This document shows, one piece after another, positions 52,873 to 63,861 of a DNA stretch of 64,000 nt. The DNA is taken from the sequence record NC_054918.1, one strand, 5' to 3'. Position numbers and translations under genes: made by a program. Within the stretch, counting starts at the first letter, position 1. Every line of letters starts with the position of its first letter. The notes under the pieces are model-generated. The model saw only the letters and a list, made by a program, of their open reading frames with translations. It did no database searches and was not told the DNA's origin. Origin of the DNA: Escherichia phage vB_EcoM_G4498.

Positions 52873-55800
52873 ATGGCCGAGATTAAAAGAAAGTTCAGAG
52901 CAGAAGATGGTCTGGACGCAGGTGGCGATAAAATAATCAACGTAGCTTTAGCTGACCGTACCGTAGGAACTGACGGTGTTAACGTTGATTACTTAATTCA
53001 AGAAAACACAGTTCAGCAATATGATCCAACTCGTGGATATTTAAAAGATTTTGTAATCATTTATAATAATCGTTTTTGGGCAGCAACGGATAATATTCCA
53101 AAACCTGCTGGAAATTTTAATAGAATTCGTTGGAAAGCATTACGTACTGATGCCGTATATACAACCGTATCATCTGGACCATATCAATTAAAATCCGGAG
53201 AAGCAATTTCAGTAGATACATCAGTTGGCAATGACATTGAGTTTACTTTACCACCTTCTCCGCTTGATGGAGAAACCGTAATAATTCAAGATATCGGTGG
53301 AAAACCTGGCATAAATCAGGTTAAAATAAATTCTTCAAATCAGAGTATTGTCAATTTTAGAGGTGAACAGGTACGTTCAGTTTTAATGACTCATCCAAAG
53401 TCACAGATGATATTCATTTTTAATAATCGTTTGTGGCAAATGTATGTTGCTGATTATAGCAGAGAAGCTGCGATTGTTACTCCATCGACTGCGTATCAAG
53501 CACAATCTAATGATTTTATCGTACGTAGATTTACTTCTGCTGCACCAATTAATGTTAAACTTCCGAGATTTGCTAATCATGGCGATATTATTAATTTCGT
53601 TGATTTAGATAAACTGAATCCACTTTATCATACAATTGTTACTACATACGATGAAACGACTTCAGTACAAGAAGTTGGAACTCATTCCATTGAAGGCCGT
53701 ACATCGATTGACGGTTTCTTGATGTTTGACGATAATGAGAAATTGTGGAGATTGTTTGACGGGGATAGTAAAGCACGTTTACGCATTATAACAACTAATT
53801 CAAATATTCGTCCAAATGAAGAAGTCATGGTATTTGGCGCGAATAATGGAACAACCCAAACAATTGAACTTCAGCTTCCGACTGATATTTCTGTTGGTGA
53901 TACTGTTAAAATTTCCATGAATTACATGAGAAAAGGACAAACAGTTAAAATCAAAGCTGCTGGTGAAGATAAAATTGCTTCTTCAGTTCAATTGCTGCAA
54001 TTCCCAAAACGTTCAGAATATCCGCCTGAAGCTGAATGGGTAACAGTTCAAGAATTAGTTTTTAACGGTGAAACTAATTATGTTCCAGTTTTACAACTTG
54101 CTTATATAGAAGATTCTGATGGAAAATACTGGGTTGTACAGCAAAACGTTCCAACTGTAGAAAGAGTAGACTCTTTAAATGCTTCTACTAGAGCAAGATT
54201 AGGCGTAATTGCTTTAGCTACACAAGCTCAAGCAAATGCTGATTTAGAAAATTCTCCGCAAAAAGAATTGGCAATTACTCCAGAAACGTTAGCTAATCGT
54301 ACTGCTACTGAAACTCGCAGAGGTATTGCAAGAATAGCAACTACTGCTCAAGTAAATCAGAACACCACATTCTCTTTTGCAGATGACCTTATCATCACTC
54401 CTAAAAAGCTGAATGAAAGAACTGCTACAGAAACTCGTAGAGGTGTCGCTGAAATTGCTACGCAGCAGGAAACTAATACAGGTACTGATGATACTACAAT
54501 CATCACTCCTAAAAAGCTTCAAGCTCGTCAAGGTTCTGAATCATTATCTGGTATTGTAACTTTTGTATCTACCGCAGGAGCTACTCCAGCTTCTAGTCGT
54601 GAATTAAATGGTACGAATGTTTATAATAAAAACACTAATAATTTAGTTGTTTCACCTAAAGCTTTGGATCAGTATAAAGCTACTCCAACGCAACAAGGCG
54701 CAGTAATTTTAGCAGTTGAAAGTGAAGTAATTGCTGGACAAAGCCAAGAAGGATGGGCAAATGCGGTTGTAACACCAGAAACGTTACATAAAAAGACATC
54801 AACTGATGGAAGAATTGGTTTAATTGAAATTGCTACGCAAAGCGAAGTTAATACAGGAACTGATTATACTCGCGCAGTCACTCCTAAAACTTTAAATGAC
54901 CGTAGAGCAACTGAAAGTTTAAGTGGTATAGCTGAAATTGCTACGCAAGTTGAATTCGACGCAGGCGTCGACGATACTCGTATCTCTACACCATTAAAAA
55001 TTAAAACCAGATTTAATAGTACTGATCGTACTTCTGTTGTTGCTCTATCTGGATTAGTTGAATCAGGAACTCTCTGGGGCCATTATACCCTTAATATTCT
55101 TGAAGCAAATGAGACACAGCGTGGTACACTTCGTGTAGCTACACAAGTTGAAGCTGCTGCAGGAACATTAGATAATGTTTTAATAACTCCTAAAAAGCTT
55201 TTAGGTACTAAATCTACCGAATCGCAAGAAGGTGTTATTAAAGTTGCAACTCAGTCTGAAACTGTGACTGGAACGTCAGCAAATACTGCTGTATCTCCAA
55301 AAAATTTAAAATGGATTGTGCAGAGTGAACCAACTTGGGCAGCAACTACTCTGATAAGAGGGTTTGTTAAAACTTCTTCTGGTTCATTAACGTTTGTTGG
55401 TAATGATACGGTAGGTTCAACACAGCCATTAGAATCATATGAGAAAAATGGTTATGCAGTATCACCATATGAATTAAATCGCGTATTAGCAAATTATTTG
55501 CCATTAAAAGCAAAAGCTGTAGATAGTAATTTATTAGATGGTCTAGATTCGCTCCAGTTCATTCGTAGGGACATTGCACAAACAGTTAATGGTTCACTAA
55601 CCTTAACCCAACAAACGAATCTGGGTGCCCCTCTTGTATCATCTAGTACTGCTACATTCGGTGGATCAGTTTCAGCAAATAGTACATTAACTATTTCTAA
55701 TACTGGAACGGCAACTCGTCTGATTTTTGAGAAAGGACCTCAAACTGGAACAAACCCGGCTCAAACGATGACAGTCAGAGTGTGGGGAAATCAATTTAGC

Positions 55801-56742
55801 GGGGAATCAGACACAACACGTTCTACCGTATTTGAAGTTAGTGATGAAACGTCTAGTCATTTTTATTCTCAGCGTAATAAAGCTGGAAATATAACATTTA
55901 ATATCAACGGTACAGTAACACCGATAAATGTTAATGCTTCAGGAACATTGAATGCAAATGGTGTAGCAACATTTGGTAATTCAGTCACTGCAACTGGTGA
56001 AATTATTTCTCGAAGCGCAAATGCTTTCCGTGCTATTAACGGAAATTATGGTTTCATTGTTCGCAATGATGGATCAGTAACGAATTTTATGCTTACTGCA
56101 TCGGGTGATCAGACTGGTGGATTTAATGGATTACGTCCTTTAGCTATTAATAATGCATCTGGCCAAGTAACGATTGGTGAAAGCTTAATCATTGCCAAAG
56201 GTGCTACTATAAATTCAGGCGGTTTGACTGTTAACTCGAGAATTCGTTCTCAGGGCACTAAAACATCTGATTTATACACCCGCGCTCCAACATCTGATAC
56301 TGTAGGATTCTGGTCAATTGATATTAACGATTCAGCCACTTATAACCAGTTCCCGGGTTATTTTAAAATGGTTGAAAAAACTAATGAAGTGACTGGGCTT
56401 CCATACTTAGAACGTGGCGAAGAAGTTAAATCTCCTGGTACATTGACTCAGTTTGGTAACACACTTGATTCGCTTTACCAAGATTGGATTACTTATCCAA
56501 CGACCCCAGAAGCACGTACCACTCGCTGGACGCGTACATGGCAGAAAACTAAAAATTCTTGGTCAAGTTTTGTTCAGGTATTTGATGGAGGTAACCCTCC
56601 TCAACCTTCGGATATAGGAGCAATCCCATCTGATAATGGAATAATAGGTAATCTTACTATTCGTGATTTCTTACGAATTGGTAATGTTCGCATTATTCCT
56701 GACCCAGTGAATAAAACTGTTAAATTTGAATGGGTTGAATAA
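52873..56742 (+). CDS. 34: long tail fibre proximal subunit
   Basis: 1289 aa, same length as T4 gp34; late promoter TATAAATA upstream. Confidence 0.95.
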   Translation: MAEIKRKFRAEDGLDAGGDKIINVALADRTVGTDGVNVDYLIQENTVQQYDPTRGYLKDFVIIYNNRFWAATDNIPKPAGNFNRIRWKALRTDAVYTTVSSGPYQLKSGEAISVDTSVGNDIEFTLPPSPLDGETVIIQDIGGKPGINQVKINSSNQSIVNFRGEQVRSVLMTHPKSQMIFIFNNRLWQMYVADYSREAAIVTPSTAYQAQSNDFIVRRFTSAAPINVKLPRFANHGDIINFVDLDKLNPLYHTIVTTYDETTSVQEVGTHSIEGRTSIDGFLMFDDNEKLWRLFDGDSKARLRIITTNSNIRPNEEVMVFGANNGTTQTIELQLPTDISVGDTVKISMNYMRKGQTVKIKAAGEDKIASSVQLLQFPKRSEYPPEAEWVTVQELVFNGETNYVPVLQLAYIEDSDGKYWVVQQNVPTVERVDSLNASTRARLGVIALATQAQANADLENSPQKELAITPETLANRTATETRRGIARIATTAQVNQNTTFSFADDLIITPKKLNERTATETRRGVAEIATQQETNTGTDDTTIITPKKLQARQGSESLSGIVTFVSTAGATPASSRELNGTNVYNKNTNNLVVSPKALDQYKATPTQQGAVILAVESEVIAGQSQEGWANAVVTPETLHKKTSTDGRIGLIEIATQSEVNTGTDYTRAVTPKTLNDRRATESLSGIAEIATQVEFDAGVDDTRISTPLKIKTRFNSTDRTSVVALSGLVESGTLWGHYTLNILEANETQRGTLRVATQVEAAAGTLDNVLITPKKLLGTKSTESQEGVIKVATQSETVTGTSANTAVSPKNLKWIVQSEPTWAATTLIRGFVKTSSGSLTFVGNDTVGSTQPLESYEKNGYAVSPYELNRVLANYLPLKAKAVDSNLLDGLDSLQFIRRDIAQTVNGSLTLTQQTNLGAPLVSSSTATFGGSVSANSTLTISNTGTATRLIFEKGPQTGTNPAQTMTVRVWGNQFSGESDTTRSTVFEVSDETSSHFYSQRNKAGNITFNINGTVTPINVNASGTLNANGVATFGNSVTATGEIISRSANAFRAINGNYGFIVRNDGSVTNFMLTASGDQTGGFNGLRPLAINNASGQVTIGESLIIAKGATINSGGLTVNSRIRSQGTKTSDLYTRAPTSDTVGFWSIDINDSATYNQFPGYFKMVEKTNEVTGLPYLERGEEVKSPGTLTQFGNTLDSLYQDWITYPTTPEARTTRWTRTWQKTKNSWSSFVQVFDGGNPPQPSDIGAIPSDNGIIGNLTIRDFLRIGNVRIIPDPVNKTVKFEWVE

Positions 56743-56750
56743 GAGGTATT

Positions 56751-57866
56751 ATGGAAAAATTTATGGCAGAGTTTGGACAAGGATACGTCCAAACGCCATT
56801 TTTATCGGAAAGTAATTCAGTAAGATACAAAATAAGCATAGCGGGTTCTTGCCCGCTTTCTACTGCGGGGCCATATGTTAAATTTCAGGATAATCCCGTT
56901 GGAAATCAAACATTTAGTGCAGGTCTTCATTTAAGAGTTTTTGACCCTTCTACGGGAGCATTAGTTGATAGCAAGTCATATGCTTTTTCTGCTTCAAACA
57001 ATACAACATCTGCCGCTTTTGTCAGTTTCATGAATTCTTTGTCAAACAATAGACTTGTTGCTATATTAACTAGCGGAAAGGTTAATTTTCCTCCTGAAGT
57101 GGTATCTTGGTTAAGGGGAGCAGGAACTTCAGTTTTTCCATCAGATTCAGTATTGTCAAGATTTGACGTATCATATGCTGCTTTTTATACTTCTTCTAAA
57201 AGAGCTATTGCATTAGAGCATGTTAAACTAAGTAATAGAAAAAGCACAGATGATTATCAAACTATTTTAGATGTTGTATTTGATAGTTTAGAAGACGTCG
57301 GAGCGACAGGATTTCCAAAAAGAACTTATGAAAGTGTAGAGCAATTCATGTCAGCAGTTGGTGGAACTAATAACGAAATTGCGCGATTGCCAACTTCAGC
57401 TGCTATAAGTAAACTTTCTGACTATAATTTAATTCCTGGTGATGTTCTTTATCTTAAAGCACAGTTATATGCTGATGCTGATTTACTTGATCTTGGAACT
57501 ACAAACATATCCATTCGTTTTTATGATGCATCAAATGGATATATTTCCTCGACCCAATCTGAGTTTACTGGGCAAGCTGGGTCTTGGGAATTAAAAGAAG
57601 ACTATGTAGTTGTTCCAGAAAACGCCGTAGGATTTACGATATATGCACAAAGAACTGCTCAAGCAGGTCAAGGCGGCATGAGAAATTTAAGTTTTTCTGA
57701 AGTATCAAGAAATGGCGGCATTTCAAAACCTGCCGAATTTGGCGTCAACGGTATTCGCGTTAATTATGTCTGTGAATCGGCTTCACCTCCAGATATAATG
57801 GTACTTCCTACACAAGCCTCTTCTAAAACTGGCAAAGTGTTTGGACAGGAATTTAGAGAAGTTTAA
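56751..57866 (+). CDS. 35: long tail fibre hinge connector
   Basis: 371 aa, MEKFMAEFGQGYVQTPFLSESNS... Confidence 0.92.
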   Translation: MEKFMAEFGQGYVQTPFLSESNSVRYKISIAGSCPLSTAGPYVKFQDNPVGNQTFSAGLHLRVFDPSTGALVDSKSYAFSASNNTTSAAFVSFMNSLSNNRLVAILTSGKVNFPPEVVSWLRGAGTSVFPSDSVLSRFDVSYAAFYTSSKRAIALEHVKLSNRKSTDDYQTILDVVFDSLEDVGATGFPKRTYESVEQFMSAVGGTNNEIARLPTSAAISKLSDYNLIPGDVLYLKAQLYADADLLDLGTTNISIRFYDASNGYISSTQSEFTGQAGSWELKEDYVVVPENAVGFTIYAQRTAQAGQGGMRNLSFSEVSRNGGISKPAEFGVNGIRVNYVCESASPPDIMVLPTQASSKTGKVFGQEFREV

Positions 57867-57870
57867 ACTG

Positions 57871-57896
57871 AGGGAGCCTTCGGGTTCCCTTTTTCT
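57871..57896 (+). terminator. rho-independent terminator after gene 35
   Basis: GGGAGCCTTCGGGTTCCC hairpin then TTTTTCTTT. Confidence 0.6.
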
Positions 57897-57897
57897 T

Positions 57898-57905
57898 TAT
57901 AAATA
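57898..57905 (+). promoter_or_regulatory. late promoter TATAAATA for gene 36
   Basis: Exact box between gene 35 terminator and gene 36 ATG. Confidence 0.55.
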
Positions 57906-57928
57906 ATATTAAAATAAAGGGGCATATA

Positions 57929-58579
57929 ATGGCTGATTTAAAAGTAGGTTCAACTGTGGGTGGATCTGTCATTTGGCATCAAGGAAATTTTCCATTGAAT
58001 TCAGCCGGTGACGATGTACTCTACAAATCATTTAAAATATATTCAGAATATAATAAACCACAGGCAGCTGATAACGATTTCGTTTCTAAAGCTAATGGTG
58101 GTACTTACGCCGGTCCAATTACTATTAATTACGGGGTAAATAGTTATCTTCAATTAAGTAATAATGAAACCCCTATCCGAATTCGTTCTGGTGGCGGCAC
58201 TGGTAATACTCTTGTAGTTGGCGGCTCTTCCGGTGGTATTAGTTTTAGACCTGCAGGTAGTGAAATCACTACTGGACAAATTACTATTACGCCAGAAGGT
58301 TTGACAACATTTACCAGGGCTGTAACGGCTCCATCGGTAACTGTTACATCTACTCCTTCCGCAGCATCTGATGTTACTCGCAAAGATTATGTTGATGGAG
58401 CAATAAATACTGTTACAGCAAATGCAAACTCTAGGGTATTACGCTCTGGAGACACTATGACAGGAAATTTAACTGCGCCAAACCTTTTTTCACAGAATCC
58501 TGCATCTCAACCTTCACACGTTCCACGATTTGACCAAATCGTAATTAAGGATTCTGTTCAAGATTTCGGCTATTATTAA
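57929..58579 (+). CDS. 36: long tail fibre distal connector
   Basis: 216 aa, position between 35 and 37. Confidence 0.9.
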   Translation: MADLKVGSTVGGSVIWHQGNFPLNSAGDDVLYKSFKIYSEYNKPQAADNDFVSKANGGTYAGPITINYGVNSYLQLSNNETPIRIRSGGGTGNTLVVGGSSGGISFRPAGSEITTGQITITPEGLTTFTRAVTAPSVTVTSTPSAASDVTRKDYVDGAINTVTANANSRVLRSGDTMTGNLTAPNLFSQNPASQPSHVPRFDQIVIKDSVQDFGYY

Positions 58580-58587
58580 GAGGACTT

Positions 58588-61533
58588 ATGGCTACTTTAA
58601 AACAAATACAATTTAAAAGAAGTAAAACTGCAGGTCAACGTCCTGCTGCTTCAGTATTAGCCGAAGGTGAATTGGCTATAAACTTAAAAGATAAAACAAT
58701 TTTCACAAAAGATGACTCAGGTAGTGTTATAGAATTAGGTTTAAAATATGGAGGAACAATTGATGGTTCTTTAACTGTTAATGGAAACATAATTGGAAAT
58801 TTAACAGGTAACGCTGCAACTGCAACGAAATTAAAAACAGCACGAAAAATTAATGGTATATCCTTTGATGGGTCAAAAGATATCACGCTAACTCCATCTG
58901 ACATAAATGTCAATAGCACAACGTTTATAAAAAATAACGGCGAATTACCTGTTGATGCTAATTTAGATGAGTATGGGCCTGTTGAAGAATATCTTGGAGT
59001 TTGGTCGAAAGCAACTTCAACCAACGCTCAACCAGCAAATAAATTTCCAGAAGAAAATGCTGTAGGTGTTCTAGAAGTATTTGTGGCCGGTCAATTTGCT
59101 GGTACTCAGAGATATACAACTAGATACGGAAATGTTTATATTCGTTCCTTGACTGCTACATGGAACGGAGTAAACGGTCCGTGGAGTGCGTGGCGAAATA
59201 TTCAATCTGGTACTCGTCCACTGTCAACAACGATTGATCTTAATGATCTAGGAGGCGCTGAACACCTTGGTTTGTGGCGAAATAGTTCAAATTCCATTGC
59301 TACCTTTGACAGAAATTTCCCAGAAGAAGGATCGTCCGCTCAAGGACTTTTAGAAGTATATGAAGGTGGAAACTATTCTCGCACACAGAGATATACGACC
59401 AGATTTGGTGTTGTTTATACTCGTTGTCTTGCTGCTGCGTGGGATGCTTCTGCGCCTAAATGGGGACCTTGGCAACAAGTCGGTAATGTCACACCGGCGA
59501 CTTTCTATGACGGAGATCTGAATGATTTTAAAACTCCTGGGTTATATAATATTTTAGGCACTGATGCCGTTATTAACTGTCCTACCGGTGAAGGTTTACC
59601 AGCCGTTATTGTTGGTTTGCTGGAAGTTAAACAGCGTGCTTCTGGCGGTGCTATTTTCCAAAAATTTACTACTGCCGGAACGGGTGCAACTACTCGCGAT
59701 CGTATTTTTGAGCGTGCATATACTGGTGGTGTGTGGGGTGCATGGAACGAAGTATATACATCTTATTCCCTGCCAATTACTTTGGGTATGGGTGGTATTA
59801 AAACTCAATTAGCGGAGTTAGATTGGCAAACCTTTGATTTTGTCCCTGGTAGTATGTTTAGTGTTCCTTTGAACAAAATAAAGAATATGCCAGCAAATAT
59901 GGATTGGGGCACGATTGATGGAAACCTGGTTATGTTTTCCGTTGGTCCTAGCGAACACACTAGCACAGGACGTACTGTTCAGATTTGGCGCGGCACCGTA
60001 TCCCAGACAAACTACCGTTATTTCGTTGTTCGTATCGCTGGTAATCCAGGAAGTAGGACTAATACTTGTCGCCGTGTTGTTCTTGAAGACGGATCACATA
60101 CTTGGACTGCTCAACAAAACTTTAGGGGATTGCTGAATATCACTGCTGCTGTTAATCTTGGTGCTAATCAGAAAATTTCACTTGCTCCAGGAGCATATAT
60201 TCAAGCCCCTGCTAGCGGTTCTGGTTCTAATACTTACGCAAATCAGAATACTACCATTGCGCCATTATATCAGGCTATTGACGATTCAAATAAAAACCAG
60301 TTTGCGCCAATTGTTAAACAGAAAAATACTGTAAGTAATATCACCTTTGCCACTGGTATGGCTATAGGTACATCCGAATATAAGATCATTGCTCAGGGTG
60401 ATTTATCCGCTGATGGAACAGCAGATGGGTTAAAACAGTGGACTTTCATGCCGTCAGGTTATTTTAAATCTCCAGGGCGTGTATATGTCGGTGATGCGTT
60501 CCTTAATACAGATGGTAATATTGCCGGTTCAATCTGGAAGAAATATAACAATGCGACAAATTTAGATGCTGCCTTGAATACTCGCGTAGGTAAAGGCGGT
60601 GATACGATGACAGGTCGGTTAACAATCAATGCACCTAATGATTCTATTGTATTATCAACGACTGCTAGTAATTCTTTGCATATTCGTGGTGACATAGACG
60701 GGACTGGTAACTGGTATATTGGTAAGGGTGGTGCTGATAATTCGCTAGCATTTTATAGCTATGCTTCTCAGGCGGCAGTACATATCACAAACAATGGTGA
60801 GATTGCGTTAAACCCGCAAAATACCGCAATGGTTAACGTTAACCGTGACCGTGTACACATTAACGGTTCTGGATGGATTGCTAGACAACCGGGTGATTGG
60901 GGCAACCAATGGCGAGTAGAAGCTCCATTATTCGTTGATCATGGTTATGTTTCACAGGATTGTTATTATCCTATTCTTAAAGCAAGAAGCGTTATAACCA
61001 ATCAAGGATATAGCACCGCTGTTGACTTTGGTATGCGTCGTATTCCATCACAGTGGGGGCAAGCAATCATTCGTGTCGGATCCACGGAGGCTTCTCCTGA
61101 TGCTGGACACCCACAAGCTGTGTTTGAATTCCATCATGATGGATTCTTTTATACACCAGGAAATGGTAGCTTTAGCGATGTGTATATTCGTTCTGACTCC
61201 CGTCTCAAGATTAATAAAGAAGAATTAGAATATGGAGCGGTCGAAAAAGTTTGCCGACTGAAAGTTTATATTTACGATAAAGTTAAGTCTATTAAAGACC
61301 GTAGTGTTATTAAACGTGAAGTTGGTATTATTGCTCAGGACCTTGAAAAGGAATTACCGGAAGCTGTATCTAAAGTTGAAGTTGATGGATCTGATGTTCT
61401 GACAATTTCTAACTCTGCTGTGAATGCTCTTTTAATTAAGGCTATTCAGGAAATGAGTGAAGAAATTAAAGAATTGAAAACGCCTCTCTTTACTAAAATT
61501 GCTCGCAAAATTAGTAAATATTTTAAATTCTAA
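58588..61533 (+). CDS. 37: long tail fibre distal subunit with C-terminal intramolecular chaperone (autoproteolytic) domain
   Basis: 981 aa; conserved N-terminus [22 protein letters not shown]; C-terminal ~110 aa starts [15 protein letters not shown] (S74/CIMCD-like). Confidence 0.92.
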   Translation: MATLKQIQFKRSKTAGQRPAASVLAEGELAINLKDKTIFTKDDSGSVIELGLKYGGTIDGSLTVNGNIIGNLTGNAATATKLKTARKINGISFDGSKDITLTPSDINVNSTTFIKNNGELPVDANLDEYGPVEEYLGVWSKATSTNAQPANKFPEENAVGVLEVFVAGQFAGTQRYTTRYGNVYIRSLTATWNGVNGPWSAWRNIQSGTRPLSTTIDLNDLGGAEHLGLWRNSSNSIATFDRNFPEEGSSAQGLLEVYEGGNYSRTQRYTTRFGVVYTRCLAAAWDASAPKWGPWQQVGNVTPATFYDGDLNDFKTPGLYNILGTDAVINCPTGEGLPAVIVGLLEVKQRASGGAIFQKFTTAGTGATTRDRIFERAYTGGVWGAWNEVYTSYSLPITLGMGGIKTQLAELDWQTFDFVPGSMFSVPLNKIKNMPANMDWGTIDGNLVMFSVGPSEHTSTGRTVQIWRGTVSQTNYRYFVVRIAGNPGSRTNTCRRVVLEDGSHTWTAQQNFRGLLNITAAVNLGANQKISLAPGAYIQAPASGSGSNTYANQNTTIAPLYQAIDDSNKNQFAPIVKQKNTVSNITFATGMAIGTSEYKIIAQGDLSADGTADGLKQWTFMPSGYFKSPGRVYVGDAFLNTDGNIAGSIWKKYNNATNLDAALNTRVGKGGDTMTGRLTINAPNDSIVLSTTASNSLHIRGDIDGTGNWYIGKGGADNSLAFYSYASQAAVHITNNGEIALNPQNTAMVNVNRDRVHINGSGWIARQPGDWGNQWRVEAPLFVDHGYVSQDCYYPILKARSVITNQGYSTAVDFGMRRIPSQWGQAIIRVGSTEASPDAGHPQAVFEFHHDGFFYTPGNGSFSDVYIRSDSRLKINKEELEYGAVEKVCRLKVYIYDKVKSIKDRSVIKREVGIIAQDLEKELPEAVSKVEVDGSDVLTISNSAVNALLIKAIQEMSEEIKELKTPLFTKIARKISKYFKF

Positions 61534-61539
61534 CAACAA

Positions 61540-61557
61540 GGGGGAAATGCCCCCTTT
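61540..61557 (+). terminator. terminator-like hairpin after gene 37
   Basis: GGGGGAAATGCCCCC then TTT, between genes 37 and 38. Confidence 0.5.
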
Positions 61558-61569
61558 GGAGTATAAATT

Positions 61570-62352
61570 ATGGCAGTAGTTGGTGTTCCTGGTTGGATTG
61601 GAAGTTCAGCCGCAAATGAAACAGGACAACGCTGGATGAGTCAAGCGGCTGGTCAATTAAGATTGGGTGTTCCTTGCTGGATGAGTCAATTTGCAGGTCG
61701 CTCACGAGAAATTATTCACACGCTTGGAGCAGACCATAACTTCAATGGTCAATGGTTCCGAGATAGATGTTTTGAGGCAGGTAGTGCACCTATAGTGTTT
61801 AATATTACAGGTGATTTAGTATCATATTCTAAAGATGTTCCTTTATTCTTCATGTACGGAGATACACCAAATGAATATGTTCAGTTAAATATACATGGCG
61901 TAACGATGTATGGTCGTGGAGGTAATGGTGGTAGCAATAGTCCTGGCTCAGCTGGGGGTCATTGTATTCAAAACGATATTGGTGGGAGACTAAGAATTAA
62001 TAATGGCGGAGCTATTGCAGGTGGCGGCGGAGGCGGTGGCGGCGGATATTATTCTCCTTTTTCACAAATGAGATTGACCTTTGGCGGCGGTGGCGGTCGT
62101 CCTTTTGGTGCGCCAGGCGGATCTATTGATATGCAATCAGGCGCGACTGGTGGTACTATTTCTGCACCTGGCTCAGGATCCGTGAATGGTATCTATAATG
62201 GCGGAAACGGTGGTGAAGTAGGTTCCGCGGGAGGTAGATGCAATATTCGCGGTCAAGGATCTGAATATGATGGCGGTGCTGCTGGTTATGCTGTCATAGG
62301 GTCCGCTCCAACATGGCAAAATGTTGGAGCAATATATGGTCCAAGAGTATAA
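61570..62352 (+). CDS. 38: receptor-recognising adhesin gp38 (T2/T6 type, glycine-rich motifs)
   Basis: 260 aa with poly-Gly blocks ([28 protein letters not shown]) flanking variable segments; unlike the 183-aa T4 chaperone form. Confidence 0.88.
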   Translation: MAVVGVPGWIGSSAANETGQRWMSQAAGQLRLGVPCWMSQFAGRSREIIHTLGADHNFNGQWFRDRCFEAGSAPIVFNITGDLVSYSKDVPLFFMYGDTPNEYVQLNIHGVTMYGRGGNGGSNSPGSAGGHCIQNDIGGRLRINNGGAIAGGGGGGGGGYYSPFSQMRLTFGGGGGRPFGAPGGSIDMQSGATGGTISAPGSGSVNGIYNGGNGGEVGSAGGRCNIRGQGSEYDGGAAGYAVIGSAPTWQNVGAIYGPRV

Positions 62353-62382
62353 TGTGAATAAATACCCTTAAAAGGAGGGTCT

Positions 62383-63039
62383 ATGGCAGCACCTAGAATA
62401 TCATTTTCGCCCTCTGATATTCTATTTGGTGTTCTAGATCGCTTGTTCAAAGATAATGCTACCGGGAAAGTTCTTGCTTCCCGGGTAGCTGTCGTAATTC
62501 TTTTGTTTATAATGGCGATTGTTTGGTATAGGGGAGATAGTTTCTTTGAGTACTATAAGCAATCAAAGTATGAAACATACAGCGAAATTATTGAAAAGGA
62601 AAGAAATGCACGCTTTGAATCTGTCGCCCTGGAACAACTCCAGATAGTTCATATATCATCTGAGGCAGACTTTAGTGCGGTATATTCTTTCCGCCCTAAA
62701 AACTTAAACTATTTTGTTGATATTATAGCATACGAAGGAAAATTACCTTCAACAATAAGCGAAAAATCACTTGGAGGATATCCTGTTGATAAAACTATGG
62801 ATGAATATGCAGTTCATTTAAATGGACGTCATTATTATTCCGACTCAAAATTTGCTTTTTTACCAACTAAAAAGCCTACTCCCGAAATAAATTACATGTA
62901 CAGTTGTCCATATTTCAATTTGGATAATATCTATGCTGGAACAATAACCATGTACTGGTATAGAAATGATCATATAAGTAATGACCGCCTTGAATCAATA
63001 TGTTCTCAGGCGGCCAGAATATTAGGAAGGGCTAAATAA
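62383..63039 (+). CDS. t: holin
   Basis: 218 aa; single N-terminal TM helix (VAVVILLFIMAIVWY) and large periplasmic domain, as T4 holin T. Confidence 0.92.
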   Translation: MAAPRISFSPSDILFGVLDRLFKDNATGKVLASRVAVVILLFIMAIVWYRGDSFFEYYKQSKYETYSEIIEKERNARFESVALEQLQIVHISSEADFSAVYSFRPKNLNYFVDIIAYEGKLPSTISEKSLGGYPVDKTMDEYAVHLNGRHYYSDSKFAFLPTKKPTPEINYMYSCPYFNLDNIYAGTITMYWYRNDHISNDRLESICSQAARILGRAK

Positions 63040-63312
63040 TTATTTGTTTGTATACATCTCTAGATATCGATATACACCCTCAAAACCCTCGTTGAATTCG
63101 TCGATGAGGGTTTTCTTATCTTCTTGGGTTAATTCAGAAACAATTTTACGGAATGAATTCTGATTTAACTTTCTACCTTCATGCGTTACTCCAATCTCAT
63201 TCAGAAATGCAATAAAATTAGCACGATTCTCAACAATATCTTCTCTGGAAAATTTAATCAAAATAGACGCAACAGTAATAATTTCACGAACTGTATCAAT
63301 GTTTTTATTCAT
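63040..63312 (-). CDS. asiA: anti-sigma-70 factor
   Basis: 90 aa MNKNIDTVREIITVASILIKFSRED..., same length as T4 AsiA. Confidence 0.92.
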   Translation of the reverse strand: MNKNIDTVREIITVASILIKFSREDIVENRANFIAFLNEIGVTHEGRKLNQNSFRKIVSELTQEDKKTLIDEFNEGFEGVYRYLEMYTNK

Positions 63313-63324
63313 TAACTATACCAC

Positions 63325-63477
63325 TCAATTAGTTGACTTTATTATAATATCATCAGACGCTTGATTTGTAAACTGGTCTGTGTTATTTTCTTCAAAAATT
63401 TTTTCTACGAATTCCTTGAACGACTCGCGTTCCTGAGCTACATTATGCTCGATTACTTTTTCAAGATTATGACTCAT
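63325..63477 (-). CDS. hypothetical small acidic protein
   Basis: 50 aa ORF below track threshold (MSHNLEKVIEHNVAQERESF...); its ATG overlaps the arn stop region. Confidence 0.4.
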   Translation of the reverse strand: MSHNLEKVIEHNVAQERESFKEFVEKIFEENNTDQFTNQASDDIIIKSTN

Positions 63478-63752
63478 TCGAAATAATCTTCAATTTCATA
63501 ATCATGGACATAAATCATTATAGTTTTTAATACATCATCAATACTTTTTCCTGGAGCTGGAATTACGTAAAAATATCCTGCTTTTGAGAGGTCTTTATAA
63601 GTTCCAACCAAGAAATCATTATTCTCGAGATGTAATTCTTCAACTAATTCATTAACAATTGAATGGTATAAATTTGGTAGAAACTTATATAGCTTTTCTA
63701 GAATATCAATTTTGATTGTATATTGAACCACAGATTGAGAATCAATAATCAT
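63474..63752 (-). CDS. arn: anti-restriction nuclease (McrBC inhibitor)
   Basis: 92 aa acidic protein MIIDSQSVVQYTIKIDILEKLYKF..., same length and position as T4 Arn. Confidence 0.8.
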   Translation of the reverse strand: MIIDSQSVVQYTIKIDILEKLYKFLPNLYHSIVNELVEELHLENNDFLVGTYKDLSKAGYFYVIPAPGKSIDDVLKTIMIYVHDYEIEDYFE

Positions 63753-63861
63753 AGACCTTCCCCTTATGTTTCTGTTTGCGATTAGATTCTTTAAACGCTT
63801 TCTTCTTATCCTTATGAACAGAAGCTTTATTAAAATTATGTTTTGCGACTAAATTGTTCAT
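63742..63861 (-). CDS. possible small basic ORF
   Basis: 39 aa hand-translated ORF (MNNLVAKHNFNKASVHKDKKKAF...); stop overlaps arn start; no strong SD. Confidence 0.25.
   Translation of the reverse strand: MNNLVAKHNFNKASVHKDKKKAFKESNRKQKHKGKVYDY

Noticed and set aside
61562-61569. TATAAATT late-promoter-like box abutting the gene 38 ATG
   Set aside because: Too close to the start codon to give a leader with an SD; gene 38 is more likely read through from gene 37
62020-62110. GGT/GGC codon run resembling a microsatellite
   Set aside because: It encodes the poly-glycine motifs of the gp38 adhesin, in frame
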